In this document: one piece after another, positions 29,546 through 39,773 of the stretch | Layout: each line of letters opens with the position of its first letter | Numbering within the stretch: position 1 is the first letter of the stretch | Source of the DNA: a virus | IMG/VR virus record: IMGVR_UViG_3300031834_000002 | Coordinates: 1 to 64,000 of that record | DNA length: 64,000 bases | Direction: 5' to 3' (one strand) | Translations under genes and position numbers: made by a program | Notes under the pieces: model-generated | The model's database searches: none | What the model was told of the DNA's origin: nothing | The model's input: only the letters and a program-made list of their open reading frames with translations

Positions 29546-30224
29546 AGGAACTGACAAAATAATAGATGCAATCAATAATAATCAAAAAGATATTGAAAAA
29601 ATACATAAATCAATATTCGAGAAAAAAATGAAGAACAAAAAATTTAAAAAGACCTACGATAAAGTTGCACAAGGATTAGAAGAAACTGCAAAGTCCCTGA
29701 AAATGACAGAAGTAGGAGTGGGTAAAAAATATAAAGATATAGACGAAATGTTGGATGATATGAAAAAAGATTGGACTGTATTAGACCATTTAGAAAGTTA
29801 TTGGTATAGATATTTCTGGAATTATGTCGAACAAATAATACCACGAATTAGAACATTTATTCAAAGAGGTATAAGAGGATGGGCAATTTCGGATACTTGG
29901 AGTTTCGATTATTATTTAGCTAAAGTTATTGCAGAAGGGTGTCAACATTTAAAAAATAATAGTTATCATGAACTTCATGAGCAAAAAGATTTTAATACAA
30001 TTATACAAACATTTAAAACAGCAACCGATATTTTAGAATATCAAAAATATTATATTTCCTCTGAAGAATTTACTTGGGCAAAATATAAAAAAGCAATACG
30101 ATTTCATAAAACAAATGATAAAAAATATAATCAAGATTGCCATGTAATGACTTTGCGAGAAGTAAAACGATTTGAAAAAGGATTCGATTTATTTAAGAAA
30201 TATTTTTTTGGACTTTGGGATTAA
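29532..30224 (+). CDS. conserved phage hypothetical protein
   Basis: D.WS.D..LA..I and GF.LF.KYF..LWD motifs. Confidence 0.7.
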   Translation: MKLLKGTDKIIDAINNNQKDIEKIHKSIFEKKMKNKKFKKTYDKVAQGLEETAKSLKMTEVGVGKKYKDIDEMLDDMKKDWTVLDHLESYWYRYFWNYVEQIIPRIRTFIQRGIRGWAISDTWSFDYYLAKVIAEGCQHLKNNSYHELHEQKDFNTIIQTFKTATDILEYQKYYISSEEFTWAKYKKAIRFHKTNDKKYNQDCHVMTLREVKRFEKGFDLFKKYFFGLWD

Positions 30225-30849
30225 ATATGAAAAAATATATACCATGTCAAATTTGTAAATGTAAAGATTGTTTAAAAGGAACTTATCGTATTAATTCTTG
30301 GTTTTGCCCAATTCTTAAAAAACAAATTTGTGATATTTGTTGTCATTTTGATATGGATGCAATAGAATATAAAAAAATTCGTAAACAATGTATAAAAACA
30401 AATTGTAAACATTACGCAGAATTATAATCAAATGAGAAAATGTAAATATTGCAATTCAATTTGGGTATGTTGGAATTGGATAAAAGCACAAAATTATTAT
30501 ATTCATGAATGTTGGGATTGTGGAGATGGTATTGCAGGTTCTTGTTTTGACACTAAAGAAGAAGTAAAAAATGGTATTCCTTATTGGATATTGAAATATT
30601 TTCATAGATATTTTAAAAAAGGAGAATTATGAAAAAGAAAATGAAGTTTAAATGTCATTGTGGATTTCATATAATAGATATAGATACTGAACCATTAGAA
30701 GGCGAAAATTATATTGGCATTAGTATTTATAATCATATTTCTACAAATAGTGGTAAAAAATTAAAAAAACCTATTCATGAAGGAACAGTGGTATTAATAG
30801 GAGAAGAAGCAAGAAAATTTAAAGAATTTATTAAAAAAGGAGAACTAAA

Positions 30850-31299
30850 ATGAGAATACTTGAAATTGAACAAATGTTTCAAAAAGAAGAAACTCTTACC
30901 AAAGTGCTTGAAGAATGTAAGGGAGATTTTGAACAAATAGATTATTATGCTAATTCTGTTTTAAAATCGAAGTTAGCTAATAATGCAGAAGAAGCTAAAG
31001 ACGCCTTACTTGTTTTAGCTGGTTGTTATTCGAATTTAACTACTGTTCTTTCAATAGCGATAGCCGAAAAAAAGAATAGAGAAGATAAGGAATATAATCG
31101 CCTTCGTATTGAAATCGAAAATGCTGGTGGAAAATTTACTTCTGCAAGTGCAGAAAAACAAGCAAGTGTTTATATTGTTAATTATAGACGAATTCGTAAT
31201 ATAATAGAAGGATACGTTACTGGATGCGAAAAACAGATGTCGGCTCTTCAATCTACTTTAAAGAACGAAAAAAGAACATATAATAATACACCAGAATAA
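30850..31299 (+). CDS. UvsY-like recombination mediator (helical)
   Basis: helical protein with T.ASAE..A and ALQS motifs; lies between recA and polB. Confidence 0.45.
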   Translation: MRILEIEQMFQKEETLTKVLEECKGDFEQIDYYANSVLKSKLANNAEEAKDALLVLAGCYSNLTTVLSIAIAEKKNREDKEYNRLRIEIENAGGKFTSASAEKQASVYIVNYRRIRNIIEGYVTGCEKQMSALQSTLKNEKRTYNNTPE

Positions 31300-31529
31300 A
31301 GAATAATTATGGAAAATAAAATAAAAAGCGTTCTTATTATTTGTAGAGAAAGACCAACAGAAGAATTTGATGTTTATTATTGCGTGGGTAGATATGGAAC
31401 ATCACGAATCGAAAAAGGTCAAAGAACAGGCGATATGGCTTACATTGATATTTATAACATCTATAAAGATGAAAAATTAATTGCAACTATCGAACGTCCT
31501 GATGTAATAGAATATGAGGTAATTTAAAA

Positions 31530-31994
31530 ATGGAAAAGAAGATTTGGGGAAGTAAAATAAGATTATTAGAAACTCCTACTGTGGTAGTAGATTTATTGGC
31601 ATTAGATAAGAATTCATTTTGTTCTTGGCATTATCATGAATTCAAATATAATATGTTTTTTGTTTTGGAAGGGATTGTAGAAATTAATTTACAACATAAA
31701 TCTAAAACAATAGATAGATATAAATATTACATAGTAGAACCTAAAATCAAACATCAATTTATTACAAAAGGCAAAGCAACAATGTTAGAAATAATGTATA
31801 CAAAATCTGTATTAGAACAAGATATAATAAGAGAAATACAAGGTGGTAAAATTATTAATGGTAAACATATTACAGAAGATAAATTAAATAAAAAAGATAT
31901 TTACCAACTACCTGAAATGGATTATAACGACCATAATGAAGAAAGAGATTTTGGTAGAGGGTTTAATGGTATGAGAGAAAAAGATTATGAATAA
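31530..31994 (+). CDS. cupin-fold protein
   Basis: K.WG, CSWHYH, F.V..G, P...HQF. Confidence 0.75.
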   Translation: MEKKIWGSKIRLLETPTVVVDLLALDKNSFCSWHYHEFKYNMFFVLEGIVEINLQHKSKTIDRYKYYIVEPKIKHQFITKGKATMLEIMYTKSVLEQDIIREIQGGKIINGKHITEDKLNKKDIYQLPEMDYNDHNEERDFGRGFNGMREKDYE

Positions 31995-32153
31995 TACATG
32001 TTCTTGTGGTCAAGAAATAAATACAACTGGAATAGGATATAGTCATAGAGTTTATAATGGTCAAGGCGAAGTTATTTATGAACAATGTATGCATGGATGT
32101 ATAACTGTAGATATAAGAATAGATATAGACCCAGATTATTTAGGAGATTTAGG

Positions 32154-34400
32154 ATGAGACTTATAAATATATTTAATTTTCGCAGAGATGTATATACTTT
32201 TTGGAGAGAAGATAATAATGACTTAAAAATTACTAAATGGACAGGATTTTTTCCATATTTTTATGAAAAAGATTCGAATGGAACTTTTAAATCCTATAAA
32301 GGAGATACTTTAAAACGTTGGATAGTTTCTGAACCAGCAGAAGTAGCGAAAAAGCGTTCTGTTCATGCTTTCGAAGCTGATATTCTTTTCACCAAACGTT
32401 TTTTAATAGATAAAGTAGATATTATAGAAAAATGTCCTATCAAAGTAGGATTCGTTGATATTGAGATTCAAGCACCTGAATTACCTAATGTAACAGATGC
32501 TAAATACCCAATTTCTTGTATCTCGGTCTACAACTTCTTGTCTAAAACTATACAAACTTTCTTCTTGCCAGAATACGAAACAGAATATAAAATGATAGAT
32601 GCTTTTGTTCTATATTTACAAAAAGAAAAATTTGATATTTTAACAGGATGGAATTTTGTTAAGTTTGATTTTCCTTATCTTGCAAATAGATTTCCAGACT
32701 TTGTAGAAAAAATAAGCCCTATTAATAAATGCAGATATGGCGATGGTCAAGTTTTTTATCCTGCTGGAGTTTCTATTGTAGATTATCTTATTTGGTTTAA
32801 AAAGATTACTTTAAATAGAGAAAAAGTATATACCTTAGATTATGTATCTCAAAAACATTTAAAACAACCTGCCAAAGTAAAATTAGATTTTATGAAATTA
32901 ACTCCTGAATTAAAAGAAAGAAATATTAATGATGTGAAATGTCTTGCAGGATTAGAAGATAAATTTAATTTAATAGGTTATTTTGATGAAATCCGAAGAT
33001 TAACTAAAGTTGAATGGGAAGACCTTGAATTAAATAGTAGAATGATTGATATGCTCTTATTAGAGGAAGCCAAAATACAAAAAGTAGTATTACCAATGAA
33101 ACCTGCCGAAGAACGAGGCACTCTTGAAGAAGAATCTGAATTTCAAGGAGCTTATCGAGAAATATTTCAAACAGGTAGATTTGAGAATGTTTATAAGGCA
33201 GATATAGCCAGTGCTTATCCATATAGTATTATAAATTTTTGTTTAGACCCTGCAAATATTATTTCAACAAAAAGTGATAATTCTATCACTATAAATGATA
33301 ATGAATTTATCCAAAATGATAATGCACTTCTTCCTACTGTAACTAAAAAATTAATTACTCTTAAAAATACTATTAAACAAGAATTAAATAATACTTCTGT
33401 AGATGCTTTAAATTATAAAGAAGTTAAACAAAAATATGATGCCATTAAAAGTTTAGTAAATTCTGCATTTGGAGTTATGGGTAATCGCTTTTTTAGACTT
33501 TATGACCCTAAAGTTGCAAGCAGTATTACTTTCATTGTGCGGTCGTTATTACACTATGCAAAAGATAAATTAACAGAAAGAGGATGTAAAATATTATATA
33601 TAGATACTGATGGTATTTTTTATCAGGCAAAAGAAGACCAAATAGATTATCTTAATCAATTAATTAAAGAATGGGCAAAAGAAAAATTTAATAAAGAGAA
33701 TGTAGATATTATTTTTGAAAGCGAAGGAATTTATGAAAAAATACTTTTATTAGCATTATGTCGTTATTATGGATTACTTAGAAAATCTAATGGAGAATTA
33801 GAAACTGAAATTAAAGGTATAGAAATGAAACGTAAAGATTCTACTAATTATTTAGTTATATTCCAAAAAACTCTTATTAATAAAATTTTAGATAATGAAC
33901 CAAAAGATAAAATTTATGATTGGATAAAAAACGAAATTAACAATTTTCAAAAACAAAATCTTATAGATATTTCTTTGCCCTGTAAATTAGCTAAATCTCC
34001 AGAAGAATATAAAAATATTCCTATTTCGGTTAGAGCTTTAAAAAATACTCCAAACTTTAAACATAAAATCGGAGACGCTTTTTATTATATTTTCATGGAA
34101 GGCAAAGACACTACTGAAAAAGAAATGGTTATGGCTTTAAGTGAAGACCAACTTGACCATATTAATAAAGAAAATGTGGATTGGCAAAAAATGTTAGAAA
34201 GAAATATAATAATGAAATTATCTGTAATCTTTGAAGCGATGAAATGGAATATTACTGATATTTATACTGCTCCGCCAAAAGCTAAAAAAAGAGTCAAAAA
34301 GGTCTCAAATACCCTTGATTCTGCCTTAGATTCCTCTATTATAGAGGCAAGGCAAGAAGATGACAAAAATCAGGTAGAAGATACTCAAAAGGAGGAATAA
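32154..34400 (+). CDS. polB: family B DNA polymerase
   Basis: DIE, GWN...FD, DIASAYP, K...NS.FG, YIDTDG, KGIE.KR.D; start moved to ATG 32154. Confidence 0.95.
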   Translation: MRLINIFNFRRDVYTFWREDNNDLKITKWTGFFPYFYEKDSNGTFKSYKGDTLKRWIVSEPAEVAKKRSVHAFEADILFTKRFLIDKVDIIEKCPIKVGFVDIEIQAPELPNVTDAKYPISCISVYNFLSKTIQTFFLPEYETEYKMIDAFVLYLQKEKFDILTGWNFVKFDFPYLANRFPDFVEKISPINKCRYGDGQVFYPAGVSIVDYLIWFKKITLNREKVYTLDYVSQKHLKQPAKVKLDFMKLTPELKERNINDVKCLAGLEDKFNLIGYFDEIRRLTKVEWEDLELNSRMIDMLLLEEAKIQKVVLPMKPAEERGTLEEESEFQGAYREIFQTGRFENVYKADIASAYPYSIINFCLDPANIISTKSDNSITINDNEFIQNDNALLPTVTKKLITLKNTIKQELNNTSVDALNYKEVKQKYDAIKSLVNSAFGVMGNRFFRLYDPKVASSITFIVRSLLHYAKDKLTERGCKILYIDTDGIFYQAKEDQIDYLNQLIKEWAKEKFNKENVDIIFESEGIYEKILLLALCRYYGLLRKSNGELETEIKGIEMKRKDSTNYLVIFQKTLINKILDNEPKDKIYDWIKNEINNFQKQNLIDISLPCKLAKSPEEYKNIPISVRALKNTPNFKHKIGDAFYYIFMEGKDTTEKEMVMALSEDQLDHINKENVDWQKMLERNIIMKLSVIFEAMKWNITDIYTAPPKAKKRVKKVSNTLDSALDSSIIEARQEDDKNQVEDTQKEE

Positions 34401-34658
34401 ATGACTAAATATGACTATACAGAACAATATTTAATAGGTATTCAAGAAATAGACACAGAAATAACTTATTATATGATAATTCCTAATAATAAAGATTTAG
34501 CAATATTAATGGGTAATTTAAACACAATAGATTATCTTGTTATTAATATTACTCCTTTAATAAATTTTGTAGATTTTGATGAATTTTTATCTAAGATTAG
34601 AAAAAATAACAAACCCAATGATATGAATTATGGAAACAAATAAAGGAGAATAAATAGA

Positions 34659-34874
34659 ATGAGAAAATTTTTAAATTGGTTTCGTTTGTCATTTTATCAA
34701 TATTTATTCGAAAAAGCCGATTATCCAAAATGGAGGTCGAATAATTTTTTTATAGATTGGTTTATAAGATTAAGATGTAGAATTAAAGGGCATCCTCATG
34801 GAGAAATTTATTATAATCCAAATGGTTATAAACCTGATGGAAGATGTAAAGATTGTGGGGATTTAATAATATAA
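34659..34874 (+). CDS. DUF1660-like microprotein
   Basis: RCRIKGH...CKDCG; AGGAG RBS. Confidence 0.55.
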   Translation: MRKFLNWFRLSFYQYLFEKADYPKWRSNNFFIDWFIRLRCRIKGHPHGEIYYNPNGYKPDGRCKDCGDLII

Positions 34875-34901
34875 AATTCACAAAGGAAGGAGGACAAACC
34901 A

Positions 34902-35120
34902 ATGATTAGAAGCGAACACGCAAAAGACGATTTTACTGTGTTAGAGAATAAGATAAAAGAAGGTAAAGTTACACTTGAAGATGTGGCGAAAGTTGTCATA
35001 ACTTTAGGTAAACTCCTTCTAAGTGTTAGAAGTAATCAAGTTACACAGATGAAAGCACAGGGAGTAGAATTGAGAAAACCAGTAATAAGAACAGAAGAAA
35101 AGAAAGAAGTAGAAGAATAA
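34902..35120 (+). CDS. hypothetical protein
   Basis: strong AGGAGG RBS, 72 aa. Confidence 0.7.
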   Translation: MIRSEHAKDDFTVLENKIKEGKVTLEDVAKVVITLGKLLLSVRSNQVTQMKAQGVELRKPVIRTEEKKEVEE

Positions 35121-35142
35121 TTTCTTTTCTGTAGTATAAAAT

Positions 35143-35166
35143 GAGAGGGGAATAAATGCCCCTCTC
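35143..35166. terminator. intergenic stem-loop (terminator or processing site)
   Basis: GAGAGGGG-8 nt-CCCCTCTC perfect stem; poor U tract. Confidence 0.5.
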
Positions 35167-35215
35167 CCAACTGTTTATAGAGGTTGTTAAGAAAACAAAA
35201 GTTACCATGAAATCA

Positions 35216-35244
35216 TTGACTTTAAGATTAAATTATGCTATACT
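35216..35244 (+). promoter_or_regulatory. class B promoter
   Basis: TTGACT-17 bp-TATACT with extended -10 TG. Confidence 0.8.
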
Positions 35245-35264
35245 TATAGTGTAAAGAAAGAAAA

Positions 35265-35552
35265 ATGAAAAATAAATCGAATAAAGACAAAGGAAATAAA
35301 TTTGAAAAAGAATGTCAACGAACAATTAATAGTGGTGCTTTTAATAGAGACCATGACCTTTCGACCAGTGAACAATGTATAGAATGTAAATTTACTGAAG
35401 CTAAAGGATTTAGAATTTCAACAAAAATTTTAGAGAAGTTATGGGGAGATTCTCTCGATGCCAACAAGATTCCTTGTTTAATTATCGGAATAAAAGACGG
35501 AACTACGCAATGGACAATTAAATGTGAAATAAATAAGGAGAATAAACCATGA
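35265..35552 (+). CDS. PD-(D/E)xK resolvase-like nuclease
   Basis: G..FE, NSGA...D, IECK.T. Confidence 0.7.
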   Translation: MKNKSNKDKGNKFEKECQRTINSGAFNRDHDLSTSEQCIECKFTEAKGFRISTKILEKLWGDSLDANKIPCLIIGIKDGTTQWTIKCEINKENKP

Positions 35553-36643
35553 AAAATAAAGAAACAAAATGGACACAAGATAAGTTAGATTTATTAAAAG
35601 TTTATTTATCAGAAGGAAGGACTATCGTTAAAATCGCACAACTTATGAATCTAACCTATGGGGCGGTTGAAAAAACTATAACAAGATATAATCTTCGTAT
35701 AGGTATTAAAGAGACTAATGAAACAAAAACAAAACAGAAAAAAGATTTATCAAAAGAAATTATACAAACTCTTAAAGATGAACTTAGTCAGATTAAACCT
35801 TACGAACCTGCTAAACAAAGTAAAATAGATGTAAAAGGAGATACATTAGTTATTCAACTTACAGACCTTCATGCTGGAAAAATAGTAAAAGACCAAGAAG
35901 GCAAAGTTGTTTATGATGAAAATATTTTTAGACAGAGAATGGACAAATTATGTAAACAAATTTTAAAATTACTTGATAACAATATTATAAAAGGAGTTCC
36001 TATTACAGATGTTGTAATTTTAAGCACTGGAGACCTTGCAAATGGAGAAGGAATTTATGCCACACAAGCATTTGAACAGGAATTAGCACCTCCAAGACAA
36101 ACTATGTTAGTTGTTGAAGTTATACAGAAATTAATTGTCTCGTTATTAGATAGAAAATTACCAGTTCGTTTTGCAGGTATAAGAGGGAATCATGGAAGAA
36201 CTGGAAAAGATACTGATATAGCAAGTAATTGGGACTTAATGATTTATATGATTTTAGATTTTTGGGCAAAAGTAGTTTTGAAGAATTCTAAATTACAAAT
36301 TAAATATGCAGAAACAGAACAAATGAAACTCGATATTCGTGGACATGGATATTTAATCCGTCATATTTGTCCAGAACAAGTTGACTCTCCTGCTGGTCGT
36401 GTAAAAATAAATGAATGGGCAAGAAGACATGATGTAGAAGGTATAGTTTATGGACATTATCATCATGCAGGTATATTTGATTGTGATTCTATTAGAGTCT
36501 TTCGTGGAGGGTCAACTGTAGGAGGAGATTCATTATCGGAAAACATGGCAAAACATAGCGAACCTCTACAATTATGTTGGGGAGTTAATGAACATCGAGT
36601 ATCTACTTTTATTTATTTAGTAGATTTAGGAGAAAAAATATAA
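35549..36643 (+). CDS. HTH-fused metallophosphoesterase/exonuclease
   Basis: N-terminal WT..../HTH; DLH.G, GD, GNHG, GHYH. Confidence 0.8.
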   Translation: MKNKETKWTQDKLDLLKVYLSEGRTIVKIAQLMNLTYGAVEKTITRYNLRIGIKETNETKTKQKKDLSKEIIQTLKDELSQIKPYEPAKQSKIDVKGDTLVIQLTDLHAGKIVKDQEGKVVYDENIFRQRMDKLCKQILKLLDNNIIKGVPITDVVILSTGDLANGEGIYATQAFEQELAPPRQTMLVVEVIQKLIVSLLDRKLPVRFAGIRGNHGRTGKDTDIASNWDLMIYMILDFWAKVVLKNSKLQIKYAETEQMKLDIRGHGYLIRHICPEQVDSPAGRVKINEWARRHDVEGIVYGHYHHAGIFDCDSIRVFRGGSTVGGDSLSENMAKHSEPLQLCWGVNEHRVSTFIYLVDLGEKI

Positions 36644-37082
36644 AATGATAGCAACCATCATAACTATTCAACGCAAACTTAGCCAATACGGAGGATATTA
36701 TTTTCTTGTTACAATGAAAGGCGAAAATAGTAAAAGTTATTTTACTTACATCTATCCGAAGATGAGAAATTATTCGCATTGGAAACCTCTTTTAAAAGAA
36801 GGCATTACTTTGACTGGTTTAAATATAAAGTCTAAAAACTTAATCGACGCAGATAGTTTAATTAAGGAAATAAAATAATGCTAATTATTGGTATACTTAT
36901 ATTATTATTTTTAGTATGTGATTATTTAAGTGTTAATTAAGGAGAAATGTTAAATATATTTACAAGATAGTAATCGGTAAGTTTTCGGTAAGTCATTTTT
37001 GCTAATTGGTAAAGTTATATTAAAAACAATAAATACATTAACAGAAGAAAATAGAATAATTATTTAAGAAAGAAAAAATATA

Positions 37083-37958
37083 ATGATAAGAACAATAATT
37101 TGTGGCGACCTACATATCGACGAACGCAGTATTCCAGAGATAGACAGTATATTTTCTAATGATATTCTATCTATTGAATCAGATAGGTTTATTCAACTTG
37201 GGGACTGGTTTCAATCAAATCGCCCTACTCCTTTAGAGCTTACATATTCTACACAATTAGTTTTAAAATTAAAGCAACATTATAAAGAAATAGTCATTCT
37301 TTCAGGAACAGGCGAACACGACCTATTGCATAATGAAAGTGTCATTTCGCATTTAGCGTCTTTAGGCGTGAAAACTATTAAAGGAGATTATATAGATAAT
37401 ACTATTCTTTATGGTCATTTTATGGTAAATGAATCACGTTTTGCTTTCGGAACAGCAAGATGTGGTCTAAAAGATTTAGAAAAATATCAATATGTCTTCT
37501 TAGGACATCAACATAGTCCTCAAGACCTTACAACGACAATATTTCATGTAGGGTCAATTAGATATTGTTCTTTTAATGAAGTAGAAGATAGAAAACAAAT
37601 CATGATATTACAAGATGGATTAATTGCCAATATAGAATTAAAATCTCTAATACCAATGTTAGATGTTACAGATGTAACAAAATTAGAACAATTAGAACCT
37701 CGTAATAAAGTAAGAGTTATATTTAATTCTTTTGAAGATTATAAGAAAAATGCTTCTTATGTAAATAAGTTAGGGAAGAAATTTTTTCAATTTAAAATTT
37801 TGACTAACTTTAAGGAATCTAATATTTTAGTGCAATCTTCTAATAGATTAGATATTAAAATTAATAAATCAAATATCATATCGAGTTATTTAGATAACAT
37901 AAAAGATATAGAGGTTCGCAACTTATTGAAAGAACAATTTAATGAAAACAAAACATAA
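37083..37958 (+). CDS. SbcD/Mre11-like nuclease
   Basis: GDLH, GD, GEHD, GH, GHQH, GS....FNE. Confidence 0.85.
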   Translation: MIRTIICGDLHIDERSIPEIDSIFSNDILSIESDRFIQLGDWFQSNRPTPLELTYSTQLVLKLKQHYKEIVILSGTGEHDLLHNESVISHLASLGVKTIKGDYIDNTILYGHFMVNESRFAFGTARCGLKDLEKYQYVFLGHQHSPQDLTTTIFHVGSIRYCSFNEVEDRKQIMILQDGLIANIELKSLIPMLDVTDVTKLEQLEPRNKVRVIFNSFEDYKKNASYVNKLGKKFFQFKILTNFKESNILVQSSNRLDIKINKSNIISSYLDNIKDIEVRNLLKEQFNENKT

Positions 37959-38562
37959 TATTAAAACATGTAGATGTGCTTCTTGTGCATCTTTACGAGG
38001 AGAAACTAAAGGGGTTAATCATCCCAATTTTAAGGATGGTAGAAGTTTAAAATTATATTATTGTAAAGATTGTGGTAAACAAATAACTTGGCAAGCTATA
38101 AGATGTTTATCTTGTGCTTCTAAATTAAGAATAGGGAAAAGAGAAAATAATCCTAATTGGTTAGGAGGATTTCTTCGAAATAAATGCATCGATTGTAATG
38201 AATCTATAAGTGTATATGTATCAAGATGTCAAGAATGTTATTTAAAAACTATTAAAGGTAAAAATCATCCTATGTATATTGATGGTTTGACTCTTTCTCC
38301 TTATTCTTCCAAATTCACTAAAAAGTTAAAACAACAAATAAGAGATAGAGATAATCACGAATGTCGGTTATGTTATAAAACCGAAAAACAAGAATTGAAA
38401 AAATTGAACAAAGTATTGTCTATTCATCATATTGATTATAATAGGCATAATTGTTTACATGAAAATTTAATAACAGTTTGTAATGCTTGCAATTTAAAAG
38501 TCAATGCTAACAGAGATTATTATTATGCTTATTTTAATTATATTTTAAAAAAGTCAATTTAA
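37942..38562 (+). CDS. HNH homing endonuclease (paralog of 28023)
   Basis: IRDRDN..C..C, HHIDYN..N....NL...C..CN..VNANRDY. Confidence 0.85.
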   Translation: MKTKHNIKTCRCASCASLRGETKGVNHPNFKDGRSLKLYYCKDCGKQITWQAIRCLSCASKLRIGKRENNPNWLGGFLRNKCIDCNESISVYVSRCQECYLKTIKGKNHPMYIDGLTLSPYSSKFTKKLKQQIRDRDNHECRLCYKTEKQELKKLNKVLSIHHIDYNRHNCLHENLITVCNACNLKVNANRDYYYAYFNYILKKSI

Positions 38563-38571
38563 GGAGAATAT

Positions 38572-38718
38572 ATGAAATTATCTAAATATTTTTTTATTAT
38601 ATACTGTTTTATTTTCGGACATGAATTTAAAAATATAGGTAATCAAAATGGCAGATATTTAAAATGTATTAGATGTAAATTAACTATAAACAAAATAGAC
38701 AAATTTTTTAAAGGATAA
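38572..38718 (+). CDS. DUF1660-like microprotein (48 aa, not in track)
   Basis: AGGAG RBS; YCFIFGH...CIRC. Confidence 0.55.
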   Translation: MKLSKYFFIIYCFIFGHEFKNIGNQNGRYLKCIRCKLTINKIDKFFKG

Positions 38719-38723
38719 TATAA

Positions 38724-38963
38724 ATGAAATTAGTGCAAATGGGATTTAAACAAGCATTTGAATATATATTAGATTTATTATGTTATTCGTATTATGTTAA
38801 GGCAGACAATTTAGTATCAGATACCACTTTTGATGAACTTGAAAAACTTTATTGTAAAATATTTAATACTCGAACAGCACCAAATCGAGCACATGAGCGA
38901 GATGGTTGCTATACTACAGGAATTAAAGTTATATATGATTTTTATAAAGGAATAAAAAAATAA
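38724..38963 (+). CDS. stand-alone NAD-dependent ligase domain Ia-like protein
   Basis: YSYYV....VSD..FD.L matches the LigA Ia YY.....ISD.EYD motif. Confidence 0.6.
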   Translation: MKLVQMGFKQAFEYILDLLCYSYYVKADNLVSDTTFDELEKLYCKIFNTRTAPNRAHERDGCYTTGIKVIYDFYKGIKK

Positions 38964-39773
38964 ATATGGATAAACTTACAACTCAAATAAAATTATTAAA
39001 TCAAATTTATAAAGATATGAGATATAATTTAGAAACACTTAAAAAAATGTTTAAAAATGAATCAGGGATAAAACAAAAAATTGTATTAGTAGAAGCATTA
39101 ACTAATCAAATATATATGTCTATAATGGAGAAAATAGAAACAAAGGAAATAAATGAACAGTTTTTTAATATTATAAAGGATATAAGGAAAGAGAAAAATA
39201 ATGAATAAAGATGTTTATAGTTTTGGAAAATGTAGAGAATGTAATAAAAATACAGCATTAAAGAATGGATATTGCGTCGAATGTAAAGAACACGATATGC
39301 CAGATTTTTTGAAAGATTTATTCAGACAAAAGGAGAACAATAATGAATCTTAAAATAAAAATAAGAAAAATATTAAATGAAGGTTTAGTATTACCTATTT
39401 TAAGATTAAGAGAAACGCATCCTGAATATACATTTACAGAAAAAGGATATAATATGTTATTAGATAATACTACAGAAGAAATAATAAAACTATTAGGAAA
39501 AGAATAAATGAATAATTTAATTTGGAAATATGGTCATCTTTATGCACCATGTAATTGTGAAAAAGTTCATAAGTTCGTGAATTTTACTACATTATGTCCA
39601 TATACAAATCCTATAACTGCTGACGATTATAAAGAATATCATAAAAATATTGATATTGTTGCTAATAAATTAAAATGTTTGGGATTTAAATTTATAATGG
39701 GAGTTATGATAGGTAGTCATTCTGATATAGACAAAAACACGATTGAAAGAATATTACAACAGAAAGTTATAGA

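Noticed and set aside
36971-37016. Three short (C/T)GGTAA(A)GT repeats in an intergenic gap
   Set aside because: Too short and irregular to separate from chance or a decayed ORF; not seen at other promoters.
28023-38562. Group I introns around the HNH genes
   Set aside because: Flanking recA and sbcD appear complete, and the HNH ORFs abut their neighbours with no room for a ribozyme core.
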